Shown: positions 58,351 to 58,593 of the stretch, piece by piece
Numbering within the stretch: position 1 is the stretch's first letter
Layout: each line of letters opens with the position of its first letter
NCBI GenBank assembly: GCA_049999805.1
Contig: JBNGIO010006370.1
Location: 497,212 to 555,804 of the forward strand
Source of the DNA: Folioceros fuciformis
Lineage: Eukaryota
Direction of reading: 5' to 3'
Length of the DNA: 58,593 nt
Program-made: the position numbers and the translations under genes
Notes under the pieces: generated by a model
Told to the model about the DNA's origin: nothing
What the model saw: only the letters and a program-made list of their open reading frames with translations
The model's database searches: none

Positions 58351-58593
58351 TGCACCGAGAGAATGCGAATTTCACACTGTTTCCCCCAATTTCCACCCAA
58401 TGCAGCCCATTTCTCGAGCTTGCTCATCTAGGCTACACACAAGCTCACCAGCAGCCTGCTCCCATTTCAGTCCCACCCAATCGTGTCAGGTGTAACACCA
58501 AGTGTACAAGGCCTATTAAATACAACGCCCGTTAACGTACAACCTAAACTACTCTATAATACACACAATTACATGCGCTACAATCTTTTACTG

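Overview
Nuclear DNA from a land plant with flagellated sperm. The axonemal dynein, the WW-type PLS-PPR editing factors, the ~100-nt introns and the high gene density suggest a hornwort or another seed-free plant (inference). Bases 1-8.6 kb are AT-rich, repeat-rich and contain three 100-N gaps. They hold a divergent PLATZ gene with a repeat-expanded tail, the 3' end of an inverted paralog, retroelement relics, and a decayed prokaryote-type beta-class N6A/N4C DNA methyltransferase that is visible only when several reading frames are joined. Bases 8.7-20.3 kb hold three intronless PLS-E/E+ PPR genes without DYW domains. One is fused at its N-terminus to an intact OSB-type 'PDF' ssDNA-binding motif, another keeps only half of that motif, and an inverted E-domain fragment lies between PPR2 and PPR3. 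The rest is a compact block of conserved genes: MTV1/tepsin, TRAPPC2 (with a U12 AT-AC intron), ENGase, CDI, a DNAH1-like dynein heavy chain, peroxisomal enoyl-CoA hydratase and a PAGR-like GT106. All family calls come from motif recognition by eye; no database search was run.
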